From Eledone cirrhosa (lineage: Eukaryota), in the NCBI GenBank assembly GCA_964016885.1, contig OZ024744.1, positions 85,622,001 through 85,686,000 on the forward strand: a DNA stretch of 64,000 nt, written 5' to 3'. Each line of letters begins with the position of its first letter. Positions within the stretch are counted from its first letter, which is position 1. Position numbers and translations under genes: made by a program. The notes beneath the pieces are model-generated. The model searched no databases and was not told the DNA's origin. It saw only the letters and a list, made by a program, of their open reading frames with translations. This document shows, one piece after another, positions 1 through 13,220 of the stretch.

Positions 1-771
1 TAAAGAGAATATCATAATTAAATAATTTGAGTAATATATGATCTAAATATATTATATGTATTGATGGTGACTTATGCATGGTATTAGATTTTAATACATA
101 TTTAATAATTATTTAAATACGCTTTAAAGATTAATTCTTTTAAAGATGTAACTAAATATTTATAGAATATCTTACCTTAAAATTAAAAATAATAATCTAT
201 AATGAGTTAAATTAAAGTATATAAATTTTAATTAAACTATATACGTGATTGCTATAGAAAATAATCTATACTGATTAATTTTGATATAATATATAAGTAT
301 AATTAGCTAAAGCATAATCAAATACTAAAGATATTCAATTGTTTAGTTGAATTGATTGGATGTCCTATTGATCCAGTATTTGAAAACAACGGTTTTTTTC
401 TATATCCCCCTCTATTTGATGTTTCCTTTATTTTCTTTATTTTCTTTACCCTCTTCTGTTCCCCTTACTTTCCTTACACCTTCCCTCTTTTGTCGTTATT
501 CCTCAATTCTTTTTTATATATTTCTTTTGGTCATTCATCCTTTTATTTTTTATTTTTTATTCATTTATCTATTTATGTATGTATTTATGTATGAATTTAT
601 TTATTTTTTCTTGCCTTTCCTCTTCTTTACTCCCTCTCTCATATCTCTAATTTGCTCTACGTCCTTTTCTTCTTTAAGTTTATCATATTATTTGTGGTAT
701 ATAAACATTGAGATTTAATGAAATTAATCACTGCCATTACTGGAATTGTATGTCATATATCAAATCATATA

Positions 772-833
772 TTTTATCTGAAGAAAACGTACTGAAAAAA
801 CAACACAGTACCTTTGAAAAATATATAATAAAG
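772..833 (+). ncRNA. Type I hammerhead ribozyme motif (family F1)
   Basis: ttttat-CTGAAGA-aaac gtactg..cagtac cttt-GAAA-aatata-TA-ataaag; stems I and II pair. Confidence 0.6.
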
Positions 834-1483
834 TACATATTTTGATTATGAGAATATTTTTCATTTGTTAATATTTTGAATAATATATGTATATATATAT
901 ATAACACGCTGACGCGTATGTGTGTGTGCGTGTGTGTATGTGCATATACATACATTTATATGTATGAGTATATGACTATATACTCATATATATGTGCCGT
1001 TAATCCTGTTGTCCGATGCCCTACCGACACTGTCAATCCTTCACCATCACAATTTACTTAACAATGCATACTTTGTCGAGGTACAATTCGGAATATGCCA
1101 ATTACGATTATCGCAAAAAAAAAAAAAAAAATACCATGATGGAGAAATATATCGAATTTAAGTTAACATAGTTACAAATACAGATCGAAGGTATATAGTA
1201 ATGAAAGCATTAACAAACTGCAGTATTCAATAATAAGACAGGAAATACATTTTTTTTAAAATTTCATCTCTGTAATTTTATGAGATGATGAAGCGAAAAG
1301 ATAAATATATAGTGGATGAATTACGCGGAGTAAATAAAGCGTGGATAAATAAATAAATAAATAAAGAAATAGTAATAACCGGAGAATTTTATCTAATGTT
1401 TAAATTTGATTAAATGTTTAATTTATTAATTAAATTATTGAGATCTATAAATTAAAAATTGAGATCTATATATTATTAAAAGA

Positions 1484-1568
<85 letters not shown>

Positions 1569-1744
1569 CAAAAAATATTATTAAAATATGTTATTATTAC
1601 ATAACCATATATAAATTTATTATTAATCATCAACCAACAATTAATTATTAATTTTTCAATTAATTAACAATAAAAATTATAAGAAATAATAAAAATAAAA
1701 AAAGTTATATATATTTATAAATATAGTTTATAAAATTTTATATA

Positions 1745-1865
1745 TATTTATAAATATAGTTTCCATTTGTTAATATATTGTATTTTTACTCCAAAGATTT
1801 GTTGAGTGCTTTATATTAGTTATAAAAATATTTGCTTGTTGTATCCCAACAAATTAAATATAACT

Positions 1866-1868
<3 letters not shown>
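1745..1868 (+). mobile_element. 3' tail fragment of repeat family F1, ending in (CA)n
   Basis: Near-identical to 12460-12580 and 12890-13006. Confidence 0.65.
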
Positions 1869-1938
<70 letters not shown>

Positions 1939-2775
1939 GTAAGGAAAAGCAATCGAAAATGCAACTGGAGTCTTTTAAGAATATTTATTTGTTTCTTTTA
2001 CCAGTTTCATAGTTCTTATGCTTAGAATTGAGTATAATTGAGATGGAGGGTTTGTGGTTTTTCTCGCATATCTTTACTATAATGAAGAAAGGATTGCGGG
2101 ACTGCATCCATAATATATATTTTTATTCCGCTTGTAAAATAAATTGGATTACTTTGAATAAATAATGAATGAATATTACATAATTTATCTACTAAATTTC
2201 GTAATTCTTGATAAAATATAAATAATTTTATTATTTAATTTAAGATTCACTTCTTTAAAATTTTCAAATGTCAACACTTCCGGTTAGCGATTGCTTATAA
2301 AAACATCAACTATATTTCCGTCACTAATTTTTTTCCTAATGCAGTTTATATATAGTATCGTCTTTGTTTAATGTATCATGGATTAGAGAAGAGAGTGTAA
2401 TGCAGAGTTCAATTTATGTGTATATTGTCAATTACGATTTCATTTGATGTATCACATCTATATGTATAATATTTGCGTATAATATCAATATGCACATTAC
2501 ACATGCAAGCAGAAAAACCATCAGAAGGGTTGTTTCTCTGCTAGTATATATAATAGGATTAAGATTTAGCTTCGAACATAGCTGTATACAAATATGTATT
2601 TGAATTTCATATTTCTAAAGAAATACGGTATGTTTATAAATAACCATTCAGAAAGCCATACCTATGTAAAACACATTGGCAGCTAAGGTCAGCGATTTCC
2701 GGCAGAAGCAAGTGGGACAATACGGTATTTCTTTAGAAGTACGAATTTCAAATATATATATATATATATATATAT

Positions 2776-2959
2776 ATGAAAAGTTTCAGGACCCCGACGG
2801 CCGTTTCGACAGCTAGATCCGAAATCAGTTCGGAACTAGCCGTCGAAACGGCCGGAGCTCAGCCGTCGCGGTCCTGAATCTTTTCATATTACCCACTCTA
2901 CTACCACAAGTATCGAGTACTCTGGTAGGTTATGGTCTACCCGGTTTTTACCACACCCT

Positions 2960-2963
<4 letters not shown>
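2776..2963 (+). mobile_element. Fold-back insert, family F2, carrying the 3' half of an HHR (GAAAC-GGC..GCC-GTC)
   Basis: Nested palindrome 2778-2885; tail shared with 15301 and 21587; (TA)n on both sides. Confidence 0.6.
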
Positions 2964-3002
<39 letters not shown>

Positions 3003-3006
<4 letters not shown>

Positions 3007-3441
3007 CAATGACTTATTTAATTTGTTGATTATTCAACAAATTTAGTTTATAACAGATTAAAAGCACTCGACAGTATTCTTCTGGAGAATAATATCAATA
3101 ATATTAATAAATGGAAGCTATCTTTATAAAACCATATTCATTTTATTATATTATATATATTTCAAGGGTACCAAAATTTTGGTACGCCCTCATCAGATAA
3201 AATATAAAAGTTGTTTTACAGATAGTGACATATTCAAACTAGAACTTAATGTTTAGAGTTCTATTTGACTATTCAAATAGAACTCAAAACATTAAGTTCT
3301 AGTTTGAATATGTCACTATCTGTAAAAATAACTTTTATATTTTATCTGATGAGAGCGTACCAAAATTTTGGTACCCTTGAAATATAATAAAATAAATATG
3401 GTTTTATAAAGATACGTTCCATTAATTAATATTATTGATAT
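3003..3441. mobile_element. Fold-back F1 insert in (TA)n
   Basis: Inverted arms ~3091-3268 / 3273-3441, plus an unpaired ~90 bp tail on the left. Confidence 0.75.
3340..3392 (+). ncRNA. Minimal type I HHR (inverted copy at 3141-3202, - strand)
   Basis: ttttat-CTGATGA-gagcgtaccaaaattttggtaccctt-GAAA-TA-TA-ataaaa; 6 bp stem I, palindromic ATAT stem III. Confidence 0.72.
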
Positions 3442-3454
3442 ATATATATATATT

Positions 3455-4345
3455 TCGTTTCTAAATATGTTTAGCAAGATTCTTTATCTGAAAACGTGTG
3501 TTGAAACCGATATTGTTATGCTTTGAGAGCGTCATGTTGCCAATAAGAAACACACGCACCAGTTGCTTTCACTCCAATTTATTATAAATTAAATTTATAA
3601 ATTTAAGAATTTATAAATTTCCGGTTGGTTGGTTCGTTCCATAACCGGATGGTTGTTCATATATTGACAAAGTTCTTCAGTCACACATTCTGTGACCTCT
3701 TCAGTGACTGGGGATTCTTTTCTTTGTTTTGTGCATCTCCTTTGTTCTGTCCTACGCCATCTTGTTTTTGTGTGTGTTGTGTGCTTAGTTTGCGCATGTG
3801 TTACATCCGGGTGTGTGTGTGCTTTTATTTGTTTATTTATTTGTTTATTTACATGTTACTGGTTGATTGTTTGTTATGTGTGTGTGTGTGTTTTCATTTT
3901 GTCCTTAATTGTAAGTTGTGATGTTGCTATTCCATTCATGTTTTCTCTTTAATTTTGGTTGGAGTTAATTTATGTTTATTGCCTCTGTGATTTGTCTAAA
4001 CATTGCGTCTTTTCTGTGTGTAGATTCTATTTTTATTTCTATGTTCTCTAATTTGCCCCTATGTTCTATTTTAGCATGTTGGTGGAGTATTGATGATTCT
4101 TTTCTATCTTGAAGTTCTCGGCCAGTGTTCATTTAACCGTTCTCCTATGCTACGAGCTGTCTCACCTATGTACACTATATTCTTATCTTTACATTGTTCT
4201 TCAGTACATCTTATGTTATATACTACATTTCTAGTTTTACAGATAATATGGGCGCTTAGTTTACAGATTATGCATTTCTTATTAACTGTAAAATTAGAAA
4301 TGTAGTATATAAAACTAGAGTAGTATATAGCATAAGATGCACTGA
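3455..4345 (-). mobile_element. Decayed Penelope-like element 3' part (GIY-YIG endonuclease remnant ~3940-4300 plus 3' UTR)
   Basis: Manual - strand translation CIICK..CKTRNVVYNIRC..YIGETARSIGERLNEH..RQITEA with stops; UTR homologous to 11375-11620. Confidence 0.75.
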
Positions 4346-4381
4346 AACGGCTTGAGCTCTGCAGTCGCGGTCATACTTTTT

Positions 4382-4425
<44 letters not shown>

Positions 4426-4649
4426 GAATAATCGAGTATCGAAAATTCGGCGCACGAGTTCACGATAAACAAAATTCGATATGAGCGGCAGAGGGCTCCA
4501 TAATTTAGATAAATCAGAGCTATAACTATCGTTAAAATACCGTCACACATAGAACAAGTCTATAATCAACCGTACGATCGAAAATTTGCGATCCGGAAGA
4601 TTCGGGACACTCAGATAAAAAATCAATAAATCAATAAATTAAATGAATG

Positions 4650-4687
<38 letters not shown>

Positions 4688-5122
4688 TGTTACATTTTCC
4701 TATATATATATATATATATACATTGTATATATGTATATAAATATATAAGTGTGTGTGAGTGTGTATTTGCATGTATGTGTATATGTATGTATGTATGTGT
4801 GTGTGTGTGTGAATGTGGGGCTGTATTTGTGTATAGACATATGCACACATATTCACCACCCCACCTCACTTCCACACACACACACACACATATATTGTAG
4901 CTTTGTATGCACAGCGCATGTGAGAGGGACTCCGAAAGACATTAGAAGAGGGTTATTGAGAGAGAATGGGCCAGTGATTAGTGTATAGGTGTTTGAGTTA
5001 GCAAGAGGGGCGGAGTAGTGAGTTGGGTTGAGGGTATGTAGGAGGCGGCAGGACTGGATAAATCTGTTCTTTAGAACACGTGTGAGCGTGATTGAAGAAC
5101 GAGACGCTGACTGCTGAAGGTT

Positions 5123-5140
5123 AAGTAGTAGTGGTGGTGT

Positions 5141-5208
<68 letters not shown>

Positions 5209-5349
5209 ATAACTGTAGTGATAGCAGTAGTGATAGCAGTAGTGGTGGTGGTGGTATCATTATTATTATTATTAGTAGTAGTAATAGTAGTAGTAGTAGT
5301 AGTAGTAACTGTAGTGGTAGTAACAGTGGTAGTAGTAATAGTAGTAATG

Positions 5350-5418
<69 letters not shown>

Positions 5419-5421
5419 TTG

Positions 5422-5461
<40 letters not shown>

Positions 5462-5561
5462 AAGTAGTAGTAGTAGTAGTGGTGGTGGAAGTAGTAGTAG
5501 CAGTAGTAGTACTTGTGGTGGTGGAAGTAGCAGTAGTAGTAGTAGTATTAGTAGTAGTGGA

Positions 5562-5592
<31 letters not shown>

Positions 5593-5990
5593 GTGGAAGT
5601 AGTAGTAGCAGTAGTAGTAGTTGTGGTGGTGGAAGTAGTAGTAGCAGTAGTAGTAGTAGGTAGTTGTGGTGGAAGTATAGTGGTGGTAGTAGTGTATGTT
5701 GTAGTAGCAAATGAAGCATAAATGGCGATGATAAGGAAATGACAGGTGGGGGGGATGAGGTGGGGGTTAGATGTGGGGAGGAGAAGATGAGGATAATAAG
5801 TGACAAGGGTAGAGGAAATGATGATTATAGTGATGAGAATGACCATGACAATTACACCTTAAGTTAGACGATGGCGATGATGATGATGATGACGATGACG
5901 ATGATGATGATGATGATGATGACCGCGATGATGATGATGAAGATGACGATGATGATGATGACAACGATGAGGATGATACAAACGATGATC
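5123..5990. repeat. (TAG/GTG)n then (GAT)n microsatellites
   Basis: Direct reading; explains the poly-T/V/L/S ORFs. Confidence 0.95.
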
Positions 5991-7310
5991 AGGAGAAACG
6001 TAGTTGGCCTTAGTAAAAAGAAACAATCGAAAACAAAAAGGAAGAAAGAGACGAAAAATAGGAAGAAAGGAAGGACAAAGAAAGAATAAAAAACAACTGG
6101 AATAAAGAAAGAAGAAAGAAGAAAGAAGAAAGAAGAAAGTTCAAGAGAAAGAAAGGATACAGGAAAGACGAAAATTTGAGAGGTAAAAAAAAGAAAGAAA
6201 TGTGGGTAAACAAAAGGAAAAAATACAAACAAAGAAGAACAGAGAAGTCAGAAAGAACAAAAAGAAGAGAAAAAAAGAAGAAACCGGAAAGAAAGGTAAA
6301 AAAATGGATAAAGGAAATGAAGCAAAATTGGAAAGAAAAGAAGAATAAATAGAAATACATATAATATATATAGAAATACATATAATATAAGACATATATA
6401 TATATATATATATAGAAAGACAGGATAACGGAAAGAAAACAGGAAAAGGTGAAAGAAAGTTGAAAGAAAGGAAAGAAATGACAAGAGAAACAAACAAATC
6501 AAATAAAAGGAATGAAAATAAAAAAATTTGAAGAAAAGAAGTAATATGAAAGAAATAAAAAAATAACGAAAGGTCGGAAAGAATTTTATAATATACGAAA
6601 AAGAAAAAGAGGAGAAAGAATTAGAAGAGAAAGAATTAGATAAATTAGAAGAATTAAAGGAAGTAATGAAAACAAATAGAGAAAAAGTAACGAAAAGAAA
6701 AAAATGAAAAAGAGAAAAGAACAAAGGAAAGAGAAAAAGAAACTAAAGTGAAATGAAGAAACATAACGAAAACTAAAAATAAATGAAATAAATGATGAAA
6801 AATTGGAATGAAATTGAGGGAAAGACGCGTAGAAAAATAGGAAAGAATAAAAAATTTACAATTTCAACGAATCAAAAATGAGGAAAACGGGAAAGAAACG
6901 AAAAACGAGTTGGAAATAAAGGTAAAAGTGAATGAAAGACATGGAGGAAAATTTGGAATGGAAATAAAGGTAAAAGTGAATGAAAAACATGTAGAAAAAT
7001 TTGGAATGGAAAGAAGGTAAAAATGAATGAAATATGAAATATAACATGAATGAAAAGGATAAAGAAAGATAAGAATGAATGTTAAAATTAATGAAATAAA
7101 TGAAAAAATATAAAGGGAAAAATAGGAATAAAGAAAGGATAAAGTAAGAAGAAAAGGTAAAAGGTAAAATGAAAGAAAGAATGAAAGTTGGAAGAAAGTA
7201 GAAAACTAGTAAATACGTATATTAAAAGAATGAAATTGAAAGATATATTAACGAACAATGGAATGAAAGAGAAAAATAAATACATAAAAAAGGAAACAAA
7301 AAAATTAATT
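5991..7310. repeat. Purine-rich (GAAA-type) low-complexity tract
   Basis: Strong A/G skew on + strand. Confidence 0.85.
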
Positions 7311-7394
7311 ACAAATAATATATATATACGAGTATTTATTACAAATAATAATATATATCTATTTATATCTAGGGCGGGTAAAATTCCCGAGATG

Positions 7395-7435
<41 letters not shown>

Positions 7436-7490
7436 GTGAGTTTTTTTTTACAAAATGAAAAATAACCGAGGTGTCCTACACGAGTGAAAG

Positions 7491-7759
7491 TATAAAGAAA
7501 AAAAGATGAAGTCGAAAATGCAACTGGAGTCTTATTTAAAAAAAATATATATATATTTATTTGGTTCCTTTACCGGTTTCGCAGTTCATCTGCTTTTCAA
7601 AAGTAGAGTTGAGATGGAGGGTCTGTGGTTTTTCTCAACTCCTCTCAACTCTACGTTTGAAAAGCAGAAGAACTGCGAAACCGGTAAAGGAACCAAATAA
7701 ATATATATACTTTTTTTAAAAATAAGACTCCAGTTGCATTTTCGATTTCATCTTTTTTT

Positions 7760-7766
<7 letters not shown>
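7491..7766. mobile_element. Fold-back insert related to the terminus of the 17-20 kb PLE
   Basis: Arms 7491-7613 / 7643-7766; similar sequence at 1938-2065, 17160-17215 and 37661-37850. Confidence 0.7.
7568..7603 (-). ncRNA. HHR variant with U3-A8 core (inverted copy 7654-7689, +)
   Basis: ctt-TTGAAAA-gcag atgaa ctgc-GAAA-CCGG-TA-aag. Confidence 0.55.
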
Positions 7767-7826
<60 letters not shown>

Positions 7827-8040
7827 GAACACTGGAAGGTAATATCCGTAGTGGTAGAGCACTCAGTCCATGGGAAGTGTTAGGTAGAAGTGGTAACACA
7901 ACAGTTAGTTCACCATGGTGCTAACTGTTGTGTTACCACTTCTATACGTCTGTATACATATATGTATGTACGTATTCATACTTATATTTAAGTAACAGCC
8001 GTACTAAGAGTGGGAAATGAAATTTCGTTTCATTTTTTCC

Positions 8041-8125
<85 letters not shown>

Positions 8126-8287
8126 GTATATATACATATGTATATATATATGTACATGTATGTATATACATATATATATATATATGTAGATAAATCTACC
8201 AAAAGTTTACGGTAGTGTCCAATCCGTATGAAGAACTCAATGTAATCCGGATATCATGGAAAGAAGAGATGCATTCAAAAATCACTT

Positions 8288-8321
<34 letters not shown>

Positions 8322-8329
8322 CATTCATA

Positions 8330-8394
<65 letters not shown>

Positions 8395-8414
8395 TCATAT
8401 TCAGATATATATAT

Positions 8415-8451
<37 letters not shown>

Positions 8452-8462
8452 TACACAGATTC

Positions 8463-8503
<41 letters not shown>

Positions 8504-8514
8504 CATGAATATGA

Positions 8515-8555
<41 letters not shown>

Positions 8556-8627
8556 TCTGTGTATATATGTATATATATTCAGATATATATATACACATAT
8601 ATATATATATATACATATATACACAGA

Positions 8628-8664
<37 letters not shown>

Positions 8665-8994
8665 TCATATTCATATATATATATATATATATACATATAT
8701 ACACAGATTCATATATATATATATATATGCATACACATACACACTCATATATATACATGCATACATACACACACACACATATATATACATATATATATAT
8801 ATATAATATATATATATATATACATGCTATTACTACAACTACTTAATAATAGTAACAACAACAACACCAACAACAATAATTAAATACATAAAACAAAAGG
8901 ATTTTTCTTTGCAAGCTGAAGTAGAGGAACAAGATGGAGGCGAGTGTAAGAAAAGACAATAAGGGAATCACTGACGAAGCACGGTCTTCAAATA

Positions 8995-9620
8995 GGTGGG
9001 ATGTGGTGGTGGTAGTGGTGGCGGTGGAGGTTTTGTTGGATGTGGTGGGAGGTATTGATGGTGGTGGTAGTGGCGGCGGTGGTGGTGGTGGTGGAGGAGG
9101 CGGTTGTGGTGATGGTGGTGGTGATAGTGGTGGTGGTTGTGGTAGGGTTGGATATGGTGGTGGTTGTGATGGTTGTGGTTGTGGTGGTGGTGGTGGTGGT
9201 GGTGGTAGTTGTGGTGGCGATGGTGGTAGTTGATGTGGATATGGTAGTGGTGTTGATGGTGGTGATGATGGTGGTGGTGGTGTTGTTGGTGGTGGTAGTA
9301 GTAATGAACATAGTGGTGGTGGTGGAGATGGTAGTGGTCGTAGAGACGATATGGTAGTGGTGATGTTAGTGGTGGTGGTGGTGGTGGTTGATGTGGATAT
9401 GGTAGTGGTGTTGATGGTGGTGATGGTGGTGGTGTTGGTGGTGGTAGTAGTAATGAACATAGTGGTGGTGGTGGTGGAGGTGGAGATGGTAGTGGTCGTA
9501 GAGACGGATGTGGTGGTGGTGGTGATGTTAGTGGTGGTGGTGGTGGTGGTGGCGGTGGCGGTGGTGGTCATAATGATCATGGAGGTGCTGGTGGGCGTGG
9601 TGGAGACGGGGATGGCGCAG
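8995..9620. repeat. (GGT)n-derived compound repeat
   Basis: Direct reading. Confidence 0.9.
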
Positions 9621-9763
9621 ACAAGTGCTACAATATTTGGCGGCGGTGGGGAGTAAGTAAGGATGAACAAGGAACCTTAAATGATGCGAAGGCTGCGAAG
9701 GCTGCGACCCTTTCGGTGGTTAGGGTTGTGTCAGCAGTGATGGTCGATAGGCGGCGGTGGCGG

Positions 9764-10030
9764 ATGGGTGGCGAGGTGGGTGATAGGGGAAGTGGGTGAA
9801 AGGCGAGGTGTGTGAAGGGGGAAGTGGGTGAAAGGCGAGGTGGGTGAAAGGAGAGGTGGGTGATAGGGGAAGTGGGTGAAAGGCGAGGTGTGTGAAGGGG
9901 GAAGTGGGTGAAAGGCGAGGTGGGTGAAAGGAGAGGTGGGTGACAGCCGAGGTGGGTGAAAGGAGAGGTGGGTGAAAGGCGAGGTGGGTGAAAGGAGAGG
10001 TGGGTGACAGCCGAGGTGGGTGAAAGGCGA
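9764..10030 (+). repeat. G-rich minisatellite, unit ~16 bp GAGGTGGGTGAAAGG(C/A)
   Basis: Tandem variant units. Confidence 0.85.
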
Positions 10031-10348
10031 CATTTGCCGGTCTCCAGATCAAAGATTTTTTGCGGTGACTCTAAACAAACATTTCTAGGAAAATAAAAGG
10101 AAAATAAAAGAAAAGTAAGAGAAATGAGGTAACAGATCTGTGTGTGTGTGTGTGTGTTAGTTCTATTATATATACACACACACATACATACATACATACA
10201 TACGTAACTATATATAAATATACATATACGCACACAGAGATACATATACAGTTGTATTTTCATATATATATATATATATATACATATATGTATATATATA
10301 TATATATATATATTTTACACATACACATAAACATACGTATAAATATAT

Positions 10349-10383
<35 letters not shown>

Positions 10384-10578
10384 CATATACATACACACGC
10401 ACATGCATATATATATATATATATATATATATGAATGAAGTAATTCCATCGGAAAAGTCCAGGAAAAAAGAGTGCTCTATGTAAGCAACAGAGCTTAATT
10501 ATTATTATTATGTAATAAACAACATAAGGCAATTATTCCATTTACCAGTGGTTTCTTAAAAGCAAACAAACCAGGATT

Positions 10579-10638
10579 TTTCATTCTGAGGATTGAAAGC
10601 AAAACCTTTTGCTTTTAAGAAACCACTGGTAAATGGAA
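10579..10638 (+). ncRNA. Canonical type I HHR inside a fold-back insert (~10498-10675)
   Basis: tttcatt-CTGAGGA-ttgaaagcaaaa cc ttttgcttttaa-GAAA-cc act gg-TA-aatggaa; all three stems pair, GUA cleavage triplet. Confidence 0.85.
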
Positions 10639-10669
10639 TAATTGCCTTATGTTGTTTATTACATAATAA

Positions 10670-10707
<38 letters not shown>

Positions 10708-10758
10708 ATATATAAGTATATATATATATACAGATATACATATACACACACAGGCACA

Positions 10759-10834
<76 letters not shown>

Positions 10835-10974
10835 CATCGACAAGCACGTGTAGACTCGTTTAAAGTCACATCATACACTCAATCTATTTGAAGGAGAAAG
10901 AAAAAGAATCGTCTATATGATGATGACAATCATCATCATCGTTGTTATCTCAATAAGCATCACTACTTTATCAC

Positions 10975-11370
10975 GGCCACCGCCATCACCACCACCGCCA
11001 CCACCACCACCACCACCACTACTAACATCACCAACAACACCACCAACACTACCACCATCATCATCATCGTTGTTATCTCAATAACCATCACTACTTTATC
11101 ACGGCATCCCCCACAACCGTCGCCACCACCACCACCACCACCATCACCACTATCATCTCCACCACTAACATCATCACCACCACCACCGCCAACGCCACCA
11201 TCACCACCACCACCACCACCACCACCACCACCACCACCACCACCACCACTACTAACATCACCACAACCACCACCACCACCAGCACCATCAACACCACTAA
11301 CACCACCACCACCACCACCACCACCATCGCCACTATCACTAACACTACGATCGCCACCACTTACACCACT
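10975..11370. repeat. (CAC)n-type repeat
   Basis: Direct reading. Confidence 0.9.
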
Positions 11371-11374
11371 ACTC

Positions 11375-11619
11375 GGATGTAAAGCATGCGCAAACTAAGC
11401 ACACAACAAACAGCACACAAAAACAAGATGGTGTCGGACGGAAGAAAGGAGATATACAAGGAAGTCACAGAATGTGTGACGAAAGAGGTTTGACATGGAA
11501 CCAACCAACCAGCCGGAAACTTCTAATAAATGGAAGTGAAATTCATCAGGTGCGTGTGTTTTTATTGGCTGCATGAGGTTTTCAGATGAGAAAACTTGCA
11601 AAACAAATTTAAAAAACAA

Positions 11620-11620
<1 letters not shown>
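11375..11620 (+). mobile_element. PLE 3' UTR fragment ending in (TA)n
   Basis: Reverse-complement homology to 3455-3810. Confidence 0.6.
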
Positions 11621-11686
<66 letters not shown>

Positions 11687-12002
11687 AAAGTTTTATTTAA
11701 AATTGTTGGATTACAACAAGTAAATATTTTATAACTGATATAAAGCACTCGACAAGTTTTGGAGTAGATAAACAAATGGAAACTATATTTATAAAACCAT
11801 ATTTATTTCATTATACATATTTCGGGGATACCATATTAAAAATATGGCATGCCTTCTTCAGATAAAATACAATATATAAACAGTTTTATAAATAATTTTG
11901 ACGTACCATAAATATTGAGTAACCTTTATGTAAACCAGCCTCTTACATAAAGGTTGCTCAATAGTTGCTCAAAATTATTTATAAAACTGTTTATATATTG
12001 TA

Positions 12003-12064
12003 TTTTATCTGAAGAAGGCATGCCATATTTTTAATATGGTATCCCCGAAATATGTATAATGAAA
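12003..12064 (+). ncRNA. Type I HHR (inverted copy 11806-11867, -)
   Basis: ttttat-CTGAAGA-aggcatgccatatt..aatatggtatcccc-GAAA-tatgta-TA-atgaaa. Confidence 0.7.
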
Positions 12065-12249
12065 TAAATATGGTTTTATAAATATAGTTTCCATTTGTTT
12101 AATATCGTATATATATATATATATATATTTCAGTTTGTATGGCATTTTAACATATGTTTAGCTCTGTTTTTTTAACTATAGAGCCAGCATAACTCTGATT
12201 TTGCGTTTCGTTTCGCTTTTTCTACCCGCCGAAATGCGATTCTCGCTGA

Positions 12250-12327
<78 letters not shown>

Positions 12328-12817
12328 GATATTAACAAATGGAAACTATATTTATAAAACCATATTTATTTCATTATACATATTTCAAATACCGATGAAA
12401 GCACACCATAATTTAACTTGGTGTCCTTGAAATATGTATAATGAAATAAATATGGTTTTATAAATATAGTTTCCATTTGTTAATATCGTATTTTTACTCC
12501 AATTATTTGTTGAGTGCTTTATATTAGTTATAAAAATATTTGCTTGTTGTATCCCAACAATTTAAATAGAACTTTTCCTTATATATATATATATAGAAGT
12601 TATATTTAATTTATTGGGATACAACAAGCAAATATTTTTATAACTGATATAAAGCACTCAACAAATTATTGGAGTAAAAATACAATATATTAACAAATGG
12701 AAACTATATTTATAAAACCATATTATTTCATATTGACTATCCGGGAGCTTCCAACCGACATGGTCACATTCTTTAAGGGTATGTCAATATTTGTTTACAA
12801 AACTGATCTATATTATA

Positions 12818-12878
12818 TTTTATCTGATGAAAGCGCACCATAATTTGCTTTGGTGTCCTTGAAATATGTATAATGAAA
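12818..12878 (+). ncRNA. Type I HHR (F1)
   Basis: ttttat-CTGATGA-aagcgcacca..tggtgtcctt-GAAA-tatgta-TA-atgaaa. Confidence 0.72.
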
Positions 12879-13006
12879 TAAATATGGTTTTATAAATATA
12901 GTTTCCATTTGTTAATATATTGTATTTTTACTCCAATAATTTGTTGAGTGCTTTATATCAGTTATAAAAATATTTGCTTGTATCCCAACAATTTAAATAG
13001 AACTGC

Positions 13007-13069
<63 letters not shown>

Positions 13070-13113
13070 CCAAATAAATATGTACACCCGAGAATAATTA
13101 TAATTATAATTAT

Positions 13114-13220
13114 AATTGTTTCTACTTTTGGTACAAGGCCAGTAATTACCCCAGTACATTACTGGTGCTTTATTTTATCGACCCCTTAAGGATGATAGGC
13201 AAATTAACCTTGGCGGGACT
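13114..13220 (-). mobile_element. 5'-truncated SINE (same family as 23814-24001)
   Basis: Direct homology to the 23.8 kb copy. Confidence 0.65.

Larger units (their letters stand above)
11684..13006. mobile_element. Three fold-back F1 inserts (11684-12110, 12325-12580, 12597-13006) separated by (TA)n
   Basis: Inverted arms sharing the aacaaatggaaactatatttataaaaccatattt motif. Confidence 0.75.

Noticed and set aside
4853-5846. Poly-Thr/Leu/Val ORFs resembling mucins
   Set aside because: Translation of (TAG)n; open in several frames because of the repeat
8900-8952. Possible micro-exon (polypyrimidine-AG ... GTAAGA)
   Set aside because: Weak donor site and no partner exons
8843-9670. Pro/Thr-rich extensin-like ORF
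   Set aside because: (GGT)n repeat with no unique domain
9764-10030. CRISPR-like array
   Set aside because: No unique spacers, eukaryotic context and no cas genes
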